Shown: in pieces, positions 1 through 12,694 of the stretch
Layout of the letters: every line of letters begins with the position of its first letter
How positions within the stretch are numbered: the first letter of the stretch is position 1
From: Lama glama
Taxonomy: Eukaryota
NCBI GenBank assembly: GCA_028534125.1
Contig: CM052828.1
Coordinates: forward strand, 558,001-622,000
Direction: 5' to 3'
Length of the DNA stretch: 64,000 bases
Made by a program: the position numbers and the translations under genes
The notes under the pieces: generated by a model
What the model was told of the DNA's origin: nothing
Seen by the model: only the letters and a program-made list of their open reading frames with translations
Database searches by the model: none

Positions 1-1229
1 TATCCTGCACTTACGTTGCTTTTATGACTCTGAGAAATTAAAATTTGCATTAGTCTTTCTCAACTATATGTTGTTGACGTCTTAAACCCGTATAAAATTT
101 GTGTTTGAGAGAATGTATCTTATTTTACCGAACTCTTTCCACAGGAAAGCTGACGCAAGGTAAGACCTTTTACACGCCGATGGTTTCTGCCCGACCCTGA
201 ACATAAATCACATTTTAGTGAGCACTGGGGCTACTGCGTGCAGAGTCATCATTGCGTTATGTCACACACGCCAGATTTCTTTGTTAACTCGGATCATTAG
301 TGATTGATTTGTTCCAACAGCAACGCTTCCTCTGAAAAAGAAAACTGCCTCAGAGTCAGACACTTGAGTCTGAATCACAGCGTTTTCACGAACAGCCATG
401 AGACTGAACCCCCGTCACCTGACAATGTTTTATCAGTAAGCATTAGACTGAGCGCTGGTGCCAGGATTTGTAAGGAAAAGTAAGTTGACATGAAATACTA
501 TGAAAATCATTATTTTTCTACATTGCCCATTTAAAATCTTCAGTGAGTTCATTACACGCATGTTTCTAAATCTCTAAACTCCAGGAAAACAGGGCACTGC
601 GTGTTCAGGATGTAAATGTTGGCATCATAATTTGTACTGACTGAGTGAGCGTGGTCCTGGGTACAGCCCAGGAGCCTTGCGGGCCTGGGGCACAGGTCTG
701 CAGGGGGCACCGCCCAGTGGCCGCAAAACTCAGAGGCACCCCCGCCACCCTCCCGCCCCAAGCCTGCAGGTGACCTGTGCTCACCTGGGCACTGTGGCGG
801 CAGGTGGTCTGGCCAGTCCCACGGTGCAACTAGGAGGTTCGCGGTTTGAACTCCCTCTTCCTTCGGGAATCAGCACATCCTGTGCGGCCGGAGAGGGTCT
901 CTGCGCTCAGGGACTAGAGCGTCAAGGTAGGAACAGAGTCTGGTAGCGCACCTGCGGGGACACGAGGGTATGGAGGGCACCAGGGAGACGCGATGGGGAG
1001 ACAGGTGGGGTCCCCGAGACGCGGCAGCCTGAGCGCAGGGGCGACAGGAGGACAGAGGGCAGCTGCGGCTCAGGCGTGTGGGCTCTGCCCCGGGACCCCT
1101 CCCCACAGACAGTCACAGGACGCAGGCCAGGGAGGAAGGAGAAAGCCACTCACTGCGCGGGTCCCCTGGGCGCTCAGGGCGCAGAGTGGGAGGCTGGCCT
1201 TCAGCTTTCTCTCCTCTTCCTCCTTTTCA

Positions 1230-1465
1230 ATGTGGTAAAAAGTACCGTTTTAACCATCTTTTGATGGGCAATTAGGTTTGTTTGTATTTATTTATTTGTT
1301 TCACTGGTACTGGGGTGGAACCCAGGACCTCGTGCACGCTAAGCTTGCCCTCTGCCCCTCAGCTCTACCAACCCCTCGTTTTAACCGTCTTCAGCGCACA
1401 GCGCAGGGGCACTGAGTACACACTCACTGTGGTGTAACCGTCCCCACCGGCCCCAGAACACTCAC
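1230..1465 (-). mobile_element. Old L1 (L1MA/L1MB-like) 3' end, interrupted by a SINE
   Basis: ttttaaccatctt...agcgcacagcgcaggggcactgagtacacactcactgtggtgtaaccgtccccacc resembles the antisense L1M 3' terminus. Confidence 0.65.
1261..1376 (-). mobile_element. Vic-1-like camelid tRNA-derived SINE with 15-bp TSD
   Basis: Reverse complement reads ..gagctgaggggcagagggcaagcttagcgtgcacgaggtcctgggttcc..aaacctaatt. TSD CGTTTTAACC(A/G)TCTT at 1246-1260 and 1377-1391. Confidence 0.85.
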
Positions 1466-1989
1466 TGCTTCTTTTTCTTCCTGTCCTGTCCTGTCTCCTT
1501 TCTAGGCACCCACGTGATCTTAACAGGGTTTGGGTAGACTGTATTGTGGGATGTCCTGCGTACGGTTCTTGGCAATCCTTCGTTTTGAAACCTTACCCCC
1601 AAGCCCACGGTGAAGCCACTGTCCGTTGCTTTTCCCTTGCATCTGGTCCTTGGTTGACTCTTTTTCTCCCCAGGGAGAAGGACCAGCCCCTCCCCAAACG
1701 TAAATTCAGCTGCTGGAAGCGGACCTGTGTCCGCTGTGCCCCCTCCCAGTGCTCTCTCAGAAACACGGCTCCCACGCAGATGGCACGTCCTCCTGGACCC
1801 GCGCAGGACCCTGCGCGTGTTTACGGGCAGACAGGCGGTGGTCTGATACCCATGGGGCGGTTCCCTCCCTCCTACCTGCTGACGGCCCCGGGAGGGAGAC
1901 CAGCGGGGAGCGCCGGGACTGACTTGCAGACGCATCCCAGCGTGCGCTGAGAACCGCCGGGCTTCACGCTGGCCAGGCCGCTGGGGGAT

Positions 1990-2340
1990 TGTTTTCCAAA
2001 TGACAAGTGAGTTGTTTCAACACAGCTTCCAGTGTAATCCATTGTAATAACTGAATGACCTGGTTTTGTTTGTAAATTTGCCAGCTATTTCTACATGAGC
2101 ACCATCTAGTTTATTGTTACAGGTTTCATATATGATCAAAATGTGATTCTTCGTTGAAGACTTGGCTGGACTTTAAATCCAGATTCACAAGAGCATCCCA
2201 TTGGGATGCTGAGTGGGATTACATGAAACACTTAGTTTAATCTGGAGTGTTTCTGTTTTTGCAAGATTAAGGTTTTCGTTCAGGGCTGTGGACTGTGTCT
2301 TTTCATTTATTCAGGTCTTCTGAAGGCTTGAATTTGTTAA
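1990..2340 (-). mobile_element. Ancient L1 ORF2 remnant
   Basis: Antisense L1-like phrases (gttgtttcaacac, tgggatgctgagtgggattacatgaa, tttcatttattcaggtcttc). Confidence 0.55.
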
Positions 2341-3949
2341 AGACTCTGCTCGTTGATCAAAGAGACATGCCTTTCTCCGTCAGTGAGAAGACTGACAGTC
2401 TTAGGAGTAACTTAGTAAGGTGTGGTGAGCGTCCAAAGGGGAGTGTCCAGACGTCCACAGGACTGTGCAGGTGGGCGGCGGGTCCCTAGCATGACCACAG
2501 ACACGTCAGTGCACACGCGCTCACACCCCTCACTGCTGTTCCCTGGCCTGTCCTGCTCCGGCACCCGGAGCCGCCCTCACTCCCAGTCCTCTTCCCCGCT
2601 CCTGTGCAGCCCAGGGGGATCCTTGTCCTTTAAAGACCCCCGTGTTCCCCAACGGTGCTCCCCCCACTTCCCTGCACCCAGTTCCCCTCCCTTGGGTCAT
2701 TTCTGTGCTGGCTGCACCCCACCCCTGCACCGTGTGCTCCTGGGGTCCGGCTGTGCATGGGGGTCTTCCCTGGGCTGACCCCCTGCAGTCTGGGAGCGGG
2801 GAGCTGCCCGACTCAGCACGGCCCTGCCACCCACCCGAGCTTCCTCCCTGGGGGAGGCTTTGGAAGCACCGTGGAAGAGGCGACTGGACCAAGCGAGTTC
2901 TGCTCTTTCCCCACCTTCTCCACCAGGGGAGACGCCACGTGGTCCAGGCTCTGGGGGCAGCACGTGCTTCCTTTCCACTGGCCGGTGTTGTCCTTGGCCG
3001 GGCCCGGAGGAGTCAGCAGTCCTGGGGGGCAAACAGGGGTGAGCGGAGGTGAAGGGCCGGCGACCTGGGGTCTTGGGAGTGGACTGCTTTACCTCCAGAA
3101 CCACTCCCACGGGCTGGCCCTGCCCACCCCGAGCTAAGCTGCCCTCCCCACAGGGGCACAGCCAGGGCCCTTGGTCTCTGATGCGAGCGCCCAGGCCCCA
3201 GTGAGAGAGATGCCTGAGGGCCCATCCAAATATTAGCCGTGGATGCGTTCCTAGTTTGAAAACACGAGTCGCTGTGCCTGGAGCCCTGCCTTCCAGAGAA
3301 CACAACTGCTTCTGTTTTCCTTCCTCCAGGAAGCCGCCCGGCCACGACCTTCCCCTCCCTGCGCCCAGGGTTCGGAGGTCCGCGCTTCTCCCCGCCCGGG
3401 CCCAGCGGCAGGAGTTCAGCTGAGAAACGAGGCCACACGCAGGGTCCCTGGGGCTGGCGAGGTCACCAGTCCCTCGGAGACGTGCCCTCCCCGGGGCTGG
3501 TGGCCTTCCTGCGCGCACCTGGCGGGAAGATGGTCCAGGCGCAGCTGTCACGGGGAACCAAGCCGACACTCTCCATCTCACTCTCTGATCAGACTGTGAA
3601 GCGCAGTTTGTCAGGTCAGGAAAGTGTTGCACTTGGGGCAACGCTGAGAAGGGCTTAAAAAGAGAAAGAGACCAGACCCAGTGGAAGCTTGACTGGCCAT
3701 CGGGTCTGCTTTTCAGGGTGGATGTTAAAGCCAAGCCGACAAGTGTGTCAAGAACGGCCGGGCCCGCACTCGGCCCAGGGTGCACCTCCTTGGACACGGT
3801 GCCCGACCACGGCAGCGGGCCGAGGTCTCGGAGAGCCGGCGTGGCGGCCCGACGTCACGCACCGTGAGCTCAGCCTTGAACCCAGGTGAGGCTCAGGTGC
3901 CTTCTCCCGGGACGGCGGGTGGAGGAAATGCGTTTTGAGTGGTTTAAAG

Positions 3950-4370
3950 CCTCTGTCATCTGAAAGTGGAAACAGCCCAAATGACCATCAACTGACGAGC
4001 AAATACAGGCAACACGTCCAAACGGGACACTGACCGGGTGGGGGCTGCACGCTCCAGCACGGGTGGACGCGGAAACCACGCGCGGGCGAAGGAGGTCAGC
4101 GAAGGGGCCAGATGCTGTGCGATTCCGTCCGCGAAGCACCCAGGCCAGGCCGGTCCACAGAGACAGAAAGCAGACTAGGGTCCTGTGGGGGCGGGGGCAG
4201 GGGGCTTCCAGTGGCGGTGGGATTTCCTCACGGGCCGAGAAGAATGTCTGAAAGGGATCGTGGCGATGGTCGCCCAACTCTGCGCAGAGACTAAGAACCA
4301 CTGAATTTTACCCTTTAAATGGGCAAACTGTAAGGCGTGGGAACCGCATCCCGATAAAGCTGCTTTTGAA
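3950..4370 (+). mobile_element. L1MB-like 3' end, strongly GC-shifted
   Basis: tggaaacagcccaaatgaccatcaactgacga...ccacagagacagaaagcagactag...aaccactgaattttaccctttaaatggg...gataaagctgctttt follows the L1MB 3' UTR layout. Confidence 0.8.
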
Positions 4371-4864
4371 AAACCTATACAGTTTTTGCTGTTTATGCAG
4401 AACCATTTAAAACAACCCATTTGATGTGACTGAGGGTAAATTTAAAAATAAGCTCTTCAAACAAACTCTTCTGTTTTCGGTTTGCAGGAAGGTAAGTATC
4501 CAGACTCGTGTCTCAGACGGACCACTTGGTCAGAGTGGAGGTGTTCGGCAGGGTCAGGGGCCTGGGGTCCCGGGGTCCCGGTATTCACACCGCTCCATCC
4601 CTTTCCTCGAGGCCAAAGGGACGTGAGAGAGGACGGCCGATGGCCTTTCCACCCGTGGGAAAGGTCCCCTGAGTCCAGCCCACGCCACTGGGGTCCCCGG
4701 GAGCAGGGGACGTTCTGGGCAGGCACGGGCTCTCGAGTGCCCTCAGCTCCTGCTCAGAGAAGCCAACATACCAAACACCATCCCTTCCTCAAGACCAGAG
4801 AATCTGGTGGGAGCAAAGAGCATCTTAATTTCATGATGAGAGCTCCTGAAAATCACTAACATTA

Positions 4865-5400
4865 CCCACTGGCCGTCTCAGACCCAGCTGTCCCTCTGCC
4901 CGGCCCTCCAACCCTGCCCCTGCTCCCAGCCACCGTCCGGAACTCCCTGTGTCTCCACCTTCAGTCTGTCGAGCCCCCGAGTTTGCCCCACTTCACTCAT
5001 CCACTTACAGCGGGCTACGTCCCCACCCCAGTCCTAGAACCCCTCCCTCCCACTTGTCAAGCCCTGGCCCTGCCGGGCTGTCTCTAGTGGGTTAGTCCTG
5101 ACAACGGAGATGCGCTCTGGTGTGCAGCACTCCCCTGTCCTCGGCTGTATCTCCTGTGTCCCCATCACAGAGTCCCCGGAGAGCTGTGTGCGGTCACTGC
5201 GTCCCCTCCTGTTCCTCACACCACCTCCCCGTCCCCACTTCACAGGACCTCCCCCAGTCGCCTCTGCCTCCTGTGGACACGCCCCTCTGTGTCCCTGGGA
5301 CACGGCCCTCTCCCAGCTCTCCTCCCTCTTCCCCACTTCTGGCCTCCTCTGTCCTCTTCCCCTTCCCGCCTGACCTCTGCATGCTGGCACAACCCTGGCT
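4865..5400 (+). mobile_element. L2-like remnant
   Basis: C-rich sequence with L2-type phrases (ctcctgttcctcacaccacc, cactcccctgtcctc). Confidence 0.4.
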
Positions 5401-8400
5401 TTGGTCCCTAACCCCCCGTCCCCACCGGGCACCCCAGCTTCAGGACTCACATTCTCACTGCTGATGTGGTGGGGCTGGGAGGCGGGTGAAGTTTCTCGGT
5501 AATCTAGGGGCTTAAGTTTCAATATTTGTGTGGAGAAAGGCTAAGAGGTGGTGGCTCCATCAGACAGGATGCTAGATTCTTCTGTGGCCGCCGGCAGAGG
5601 AGTGGCTGGACTCACTGCAAGCAAGCGCTGAGAACCTACCGTGCCTGTGGTTCATGTCGGGGAGGCATCAGGAGACGCTGGAAGACAGCGCCCTGCTCCC
5701 CGCACTGCAGGCGGTGTCTGAGGGCGAGTCCCTCGTCAGGCCTGACACTCACACGTCCAGTAACTGGACGCGGGCGCACAGCTCACGGCAGGGCCGGGAG
5801 GACGCACTCCTGGCCCTCGGCTTCTCTGCTCTGCCCCTTGGGCTGGGGACGTCTGCTGGGCAACACGGAGGAAGGATGCCAGGCTCCCCCTCTGTGTTCG
5901 GAGGTTGCCCCCTGCTCAGTCCCGGGCAGATCAGCCCCTGCTTTGGCGAGGAAGGGCGGGTGAACGTGCTCTCCTGGTGATTAAACTCCATGCAAAGATA
6001 CGGTCAGTTACCAGCGGAGATCTGTTTCCCCTCTCTCCCAGGAAGCTGCCTTCTGGGAAGCACATGCTTGTCTTGGCACCAGACCAGCCTTGAGAAACCG
6101 CAAGTGGGAAGGCCATGGCGCCGACTCTCAGATGCTCCCCGGGGACACGCAGGTGTCTGGGCTGCCGGGCTCGGCTCCAGGGCGGATTCTGCTAAGAGCC
6201 ATGTTCCTAAGACCCTCCCTTCTCCGAGGGGCGTCCTCCTGTGAGACCTCACGCACCCTCGACTGCTGGAAGTCCTCGTGGCCCACGGCGTGCGGGGCGG
6301 CTCCGTCCTGGGCAGTGGGGCCTCAGCCACCGGAGGCTGGTTTTAGCAGAAGAGTCACTGCAGGACAGTCAGCAGGTCACGGCGCACGTAAGGCTGAGGA
6401 AGCAGACTCACGGGCAGCAACGATTCCCAAAGCCGCCTCTCAGAACAGGCCACCGCGGCCTGGACACAGGAGCTTCCAGCCCAGAAAGCCTCTCGGGCCC
6501 AGAAGCCACCACCTCCCTCCCAGCTCCAGCCCCGTCCCGCTGGTTGGGACCTGCAGCGGCACATGGGTGCCCCCAGCTGCTGGCTCGCCCCGGGCTCTTG
6601 CTGAGGGAGCCCCCACAGCCCAGCTGCTGGAACACAGCTTCCCCCTCAGCTCCAGCCCCCCCAAATCAGACCAGACCCCCAGTGGCAAATGGGCTGGAAA
6701 AGGAGACACTCGCGCTGGTTTTGTGCAGGGCGAGGACAGGAGGAAGAATGCCAGGAGCCCGGCCTTGTCTCCACCGAGGACCTGCCCCGACTCAGGAAGT
6801 AGGGGGACCACGACGCCTTCCTTGGTTTGGTCTGGGCAGGCTGGTGGTCCCTCTGTCCCCCACCCCCGGCTGTACGTGGGGCATCAGGACTCCCTCCCAC
6901 TTCCCTCCACTTGTTGAAGTCCTGGCCATGCTTCAGATACCGCCCACGTCTTTCACGCCTCTGTCCTCCCGAGGTCTCTCCCTGGGTCTGTGCCCCACCG
7001 TCACCTCCAAGACACTTGGCAGCTGTGTCACCCGAGTGTCCGAGGATGTTGGGTGCCCTGTCCTTGCTCCCTGTGTCATGGTCTCAAGTCTCTGACTGGA
7101 TCAAACTCCTGGAGGAGGACGGGGACCCAGTCGGTGCCCCTGTCTTCCTGACAGTCTGCAGCTCAGGGCTGAAGACCGAAAAGCTCCTCGAGTCCGAAGC
7201 TCAGGAGAGTCCGTCTCCTACCCCGTGTCAGGGGTGACGATGCCAGCCTGCGTCTGTGCCGGTGCTCGGACGGCGACCGAGGCTGACTCACGGGAGAGGC
7301 CCTGTGCTCTCTGCCCCTGCGCTGCCACGTGGGCCCGTGCCTCCCAGTCGCAATGCAGACGAGCCCGAGAACCTGGCCGTGGGTCTCCTCTCGGGCTACC
7401 CGGCCCCCTGGAGACACGCCGGTCTGCCCATCTCGGGTGAAGTTGACGGGAGGCAGGTGAAGCACAGTCTCAGACGGGAGACACCTGGCACATGGTTCGG
7501 GCTTTGCTGGAGGGATTAATTACAGTCGGTGCAAATGCCCTCTTCTCCAAAACAAACCGTTGGGTAACGGGCCTCCCTCAAGGCTTGGAAGCCGAGCTCT
7601 CCCTTCTTGTCTCCTGGGAGGCCCCCAGCAGCCGCAAGGTGGTCGTCTTGGCGGAAACCCCCTGCTCGCCCAGCAGAAGGGCCTGGCGGTCCCCTTCCAG
7701 GCACCTGCAGAGCCACGCGGGGGGAGGCTGGGAGGGTTCATCCCGGGGAGGAGGGAGAACACAAGGAGCCTCCATGCTCCCCCCGAGATCACTCTCCGCA
7801 CCCTGGAGACGGGGCGGGGGCAAGCTGAGTCCTGACGAGGTCTGCACGTCCATCTCCAACACAAACCCAAGTTCATTCAAAGCCCCTTAAACCTGCTCAA
7901 CATTCTCAATGTCAACTATTTTCCCAGAAGAGTGGACATGGAGTCGCCTTAAAAAGTACGCCTGAAATAAGCAGAAAGAAGTCACAGGCTCGTCGGGAGC
8001 CTGTCCAAGACGGCGGAAGCCTGAGTTAACCGGCGTCTGGGGTTTGAGTGCAGACTCCGATGCGGACGAGGAACCAGAGCCCCGAGGCTTTTCCCGTCCC
8101 TCCCACCCCGATCTGTACTTATTAGGACAAACCTGTGGTTCCTCAGGGATCAGAGCTCAGCGGCCAATTGTCCCGAAATCTGTCCCTTTCACTTGCTCAT
8201 TCCTGCCTCATCTATGCGAGTTCTTACTTGTAGTAACAGCACCTCCGACTCCTGGCTCGTGAGCGATTAATGCAGCAAAAGGCTGTGTTAGTGGCTGTGA
8301 GCGAAAACCCAAAGGCAGGCAGAGAAGGGGAGCAGCTGTCAACCATTTTCGGACAGCCATTCCCCAAAGCGCCCCGGGCTCAGAGACAACTGTTTTTAGA

Positions 8401-8821
8401 GAAACTCCTGTCCACTCAGCGCTGGTGTCAGGTGTAAGTGATCCTCGAGGATGCTGGCTCCCGGAAATGTTCCTCAGCAAACACTGGCCTGTGGCTGCGG
8501 ACGGAGCGTCAGGACCCGCAGGGCCCAGCACAAGCGGCCCTTCCTGCTGGCTGGGGGCCTTGGGGTGGAGAAGGGACGGCCTCTGTCGCCGCGTGCTCAT
8601 TTTCCACCCGGGTCATTTCCTCTGCTGCCCCCGGTTAGCCCCCCCCAGCGATAGTTTGCAGACTTTTCAGGGCTGGTAGTTGAAGGCAGTTGCAGGTAAG
8701 TCCAAGCCTTACCGCAAGGACTCGCTACAAATCTTCAGCTGCCATCGCATGGGAAAGGCCTGGCCTGCACGTAATGAACCCTGTGTTGCCCTGATGACTT
8801 ATTTAAAACATTAAAGAAAAT

Positions 8822-8990
8822 TTGGGGGGGGATTTACAGTGTTGTGTTAGTTTCTGGTGTACAGCATAGTGATTCAGTTGTATACATATATGTGTACACA
8901 CGCATACACACACACACACACGCTTTCATAGCAGGTTACAAGAAGACATTGACCATAGTCCCCTGTGCTGTACGGTGGGACCCTTGCCCA
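8822..8990 (-). mobile_element. Artiodactyl-type L1 3' end containing a (CA)n tract
   Basis: atttacagtgttgtgttagtttctggtgtacagcatagtgattcagtt...atagtcccctgtgctgtac is the antisense of the L1 3' UTR also seen at 9230-9530. Confidence 0.85.
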
Positions 8991-9229
8991 GTGACTCCTT
9001 CTAAGTGACAAAGGGTGATGGAGGGAAGGCCATGATCTCCTGAATCGTGTGTCTTCGTAGAAAGAACAGCACCTCCTGGGAGCGCCGCAGTTGCCACAGT
9101 CGACGAGCTTCGGCGAGTGCATGTGCGGGGAGCCTTCCCGGGAGCATTAGGGGAGGAGGGAGCTCGCCGCAGGCGGGAGACGGTGTCTGCAGCACACGTG
9201 GTCGTCCAAAGGCTCCTGTCCAGACACGC

Positions 9230-9530
9230 AAGGGACCCACTCACAGAGCAGAGAAGGGCTCACAGACGTGGAAACACTCATGGTCACCAGGCGAAGGGGT
9301 GGGAAGGGACAGACTGGGGCTTGAGATCTGCAGACACACGCTGCTACATATAAAATAGGTAAGCAACAAGGTCCTTCTGCACAGCGCAGGGAACTATATT
9401 CAACATCTTCTAATAACCTTTTATGAAAAAGAATATGAGAACGAATGTGTGCATGCACATGTATGACTGAAACATGCTGTACGCCAGAAACTGACACACT
9501 GTCACCGACTGTACTTCAGTTTTAAAAAAT
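9230..9530 (+). mobile_element. Artiodactyl-type L1 3' UTR
   Basis: cacagacgtggaaacactcatggtcacc...cacagcgcagggaactatattcaacatctt...gactgtacttcagttttaaaaaa. Confidence 0.85.
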
Positions 9531-9544
9531 GAGTTTTGCTATTA

Positions 9545-10385
9545 AAAAAAAGTATGTAAGGAACTTGTACAAATGCATGATAACAAACCATCCATAAAAA
9601 CAGGACGAATGACCGGAGCAGAACTTCACAGGAGATGCAAGTGTTGCCGAAGAGGACACGGACACATTGTCTGCAGTGCCACCAGAGAAGTTCAAGTGAA
9701 ACCCGTCAAGGTGCCTTCACACCCGCTGGAACGGGCTGGGACATCAAGCACCGGCGGGGACGTGGAGCTGCTGGAAGGGACGTGAGCTGGAGCAGCCGCC
9801 CCGCGAAACACACCGGCCACTCCTTGTAAAGGTGAGCAGACTCACCACGTGATTCACCAATTCTACTTCTAGACAACAACACTGTCACAGAAGGACACAC
9901 ACATACGTGCATGGGAGCTTTATTCATCAAAGTCAAACCCTGGGGGGAGAAGTCCTTTTTGTTGCTGTTGATGGACGAGCAGGTGCCCACTGACAGGGGA
10001 ATGGATGAGCAGTGGTGTGGCCAGAGGACGGAAGCCATGATGGAGAGAAGGAACGCTGGACACACACACCGCAGGACGACCCTCGAAGGCCTGTCCCGGG
10101 AGGATGGAGCCAGACACACGAGGCCTCTGTCTGCCTGGACTTCCCTGGAGCCCAGAGCCAGGAGCCAATCTCGGGGCGGAAGCCAGCGCGTGGTCGCCTG
10201 GGGCTGGGCTCGGGGTGGTTTAGAGGAGAACAGCAGGGCACAGGGACCTCTGTGTCACGGGAGGACATTCTAAGTCTCAGCTGGGGCAGCAGGTACAAGG
10301 TGCACACACTTGTCAAGACCCACAGCTCCAGACATCAATGTGCACTTTACTGCATGTGGACCCTGCTTCCATGAAGCTGGGGAAA
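9545..10385 (+). mobile_element. Old L1M ORF2 end / 3' UTR, GC-shifted
   Basis: Colinear with the L1 ORF2 C-terminus and 3' UTR (caattctacttctag, gctttattcatca, cacacacttgtcaagacccacag..tgtgcactttactgcatgt). Confidence 0.7.
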
Positions 10386-11879
10386 CCACAGAGGTGCCTT
10401 CAGGCTCAGTCGTCTGGGGAACCTCCACCTTCCACGCTGGCAGCTTTTCACATAGACGTGACGGGAACTGGTTCTGAGTTTGGTGACCACCATGAAAGCA
10501 CACTGACCAGGACCCATTTTTACCCGGTTGCAGTGTCTGTTCCTCCTGGGAGTCAGGGAGATGCTCTGATTTTTCAGCAGAGTCCGGACGTAACCCGAGA
10601 GGCACCTGGAGGCCTGGCTGTAACTCCTCCACGCAGCGCTGCTCTGCCTCGGAGGACCTGCTGAGTCTGGGTCCCAGCTCCAGAAGAGGGCCCTTGGAGA
10701 AGGAAAACCAGGAGGAACGCTCAGGACGCTGCACTGCAGAGCTGTGTGTGGTGAAAGTTTTGCCTCGATTTACATCATACTTTCTACTTAGCAGTGCTTT
10801 GAAAATACCTACAGATGCCGTGTTACTGCTCTGTCATCAACCTACTTGTGACAGAGGAGGAACCGAGAGTACCAGTCGGCTCTGCCGATCACGCCCTGGT
10901 CTCATGGACCTGAGTGCACCTGCCCTGCTCTCCTGCTCTTTCACCACGAAACAAGGAGGGTGCAACGTGGGTTTTTTTTAATCTCATCTTATTACCTCAT
11001 CAACCATCACAAATCACTCCAAGGATAAACATGGCCATGAATTCTGGAAAGGCGATTAAGGAAAGGTCACCGTGGCAGGGAAACTCGCAGGAGGCGTAAG
11101 GCAGCTGGCGGGGCCGCGCCCACCTGACTGCAGGACAGGTGTGCTTGCCGTGGACACGGGCACCCCCTCCACTGTCCTCGCGCTGTCACTGTCCTTCCGG
11201 GGAGCCCACGCGCGTTCCGATGGACAGATGTGAGACTCGGTAGATGTAACGTCATCAAAAGAAGGACGTACTAGAAGTCAAACTTCCGAGCCCAGAAGGC
11301 TGGCTTAAAATAAAAACAGCCCCCTACTTATTTCCCAGTGAGAAATCTACCCACAGCTCTGGTGCCCCACATCACGGACACCGAGGGGTGTTGTCAATGG
11401 GCACCAAGATTTTCCAACATTGCTGTCTTCTTACAACCTAGTTCCTCTTCTGACGACTTGCTCTCAGTCAACAGCTCGAGCCTTACTCAGCATTAGGTAC
11501 AGAATATTTTACGCAGCGTAATTTATCATAGTTAAAAAGCTGACAGCACCCTAACTATCCGACAGTAGGGGAAATTCCAAAGTAATTACGGCGACACGAC
11601 GGAGCACTGTTCACTCAGAGTCAAACTGGCGGCGCCCCCTCCAAGCCGTCCTCCCCGAGCTCCGCAGGGAAGCGCGCTGCTGCCCTGCAGGTCTGTGGTC
11701 AGGCCGGCCCCTCCTGGGCGACCTGGCTTCGGCCCGTCCTGCGTGACCTTGGAACGTTGGCTTACCTAACCCTTGGTTCCCCGTATGAAAATAACACGGC
11801 TGCCACAGAACCAAGAATAATTAATGAAAAGAGCTGATACGAGGTCTCAATAAACGTTTCCAGTAACTGTGGCCACCGA

Positions 11880-11995
11880 GAAATCCCCGATGCTTGGGTT
11901 CCACACCCAGAAATTCCGATCTAGGTGGTCTGGGGTGTAGACCCAACACCCTGATTTTTTCAAAGCTCCCCTGGTGGGTTCTGATCCCAGTCGTG
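11880..11995. mobile_element. MER5-like hAT-Charlie MITE fragment
   Basis: cccagaaattccgatctaggtggtctggggtg...tttttcaaagctcccctggtgggttctgat. Confidence 0.6.
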
Positions 11996-12694
11996 GGAGG
12001 GGAGCTCGTCCTGCACTAACCATCCTGATAACAAGACAAATGGGTCAGAGCAGCACCACCAGCAGTTTGCGGGTGCGGGACAGGGGCAGCCCCTCCCTCA
12101 CCACCCCTTCCCTGGGACGGCGTCCAGGGCCAAATGCAGAGCAACAGAGGGGTCGGGCAGAACAAGGCCATAGTGGGCTGAAGACGGAGGCGAAGGCTCG
12201 GCGCTGCTGCAGCCTTTGGAGGCAAAAGAGGGACGTCCCAGGAAGCAGGACGAGTAGAGGGAGAGCCACAGAAGCAGCGTGACCCCAGCCACTCATCCTC
12301 GGTGATGCAGACCCGGAGCACGTGGCAGGGGTGGAGGGAGATGCCGGGAGCCCAGCGGGAAGCAGTGACGCGGTCAGTCCAGGTCAAGTCCCAGCAGGCT
12401 GGCGAGTCAGGGCTCAGGGAACCCAACGGGCTTTTCCTGAAAGACCGGACAGACCGCAGCTCGGGAGGAAGACTGAAGTCTGTGGCCGGGACAGGGCCAA
12501 CAACAAAACTCACAGGACACAGGTGTCCGGTAGCTTAAGGGCCTTCTTGAACAAAACGCAACTCGTCTAGAGGATGATGACGTGATTCAAAGCCGCTACA
12601 GCGTATCACTCGCAATTCTTAAAACAATAATAACTTCTGAAACTTGTTTCCTGCTGTTGCATTAGTTTTTTATCCTGGGGTTTTTCTCTTGTTC

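Noticed and set aside
2192-2210. Inverted repeat AGCATCCCA-T-TGGGATGCT
   Set aside because: 9-bp arms are within chance expectation for 64 kb, and it lies in an L1 remnant.
2697-3797. 366-aa minus-strand ORF, and other long ORFs (6090-6917, 6241-7095, 22059-22898, 34354-35157)
   Set aside because: P/R/G/A/S-rich, overlapping in several frames, no recognisable domain, mostly non-ATG starts; expected from stop-codon scarcity in GC-rich DNA.
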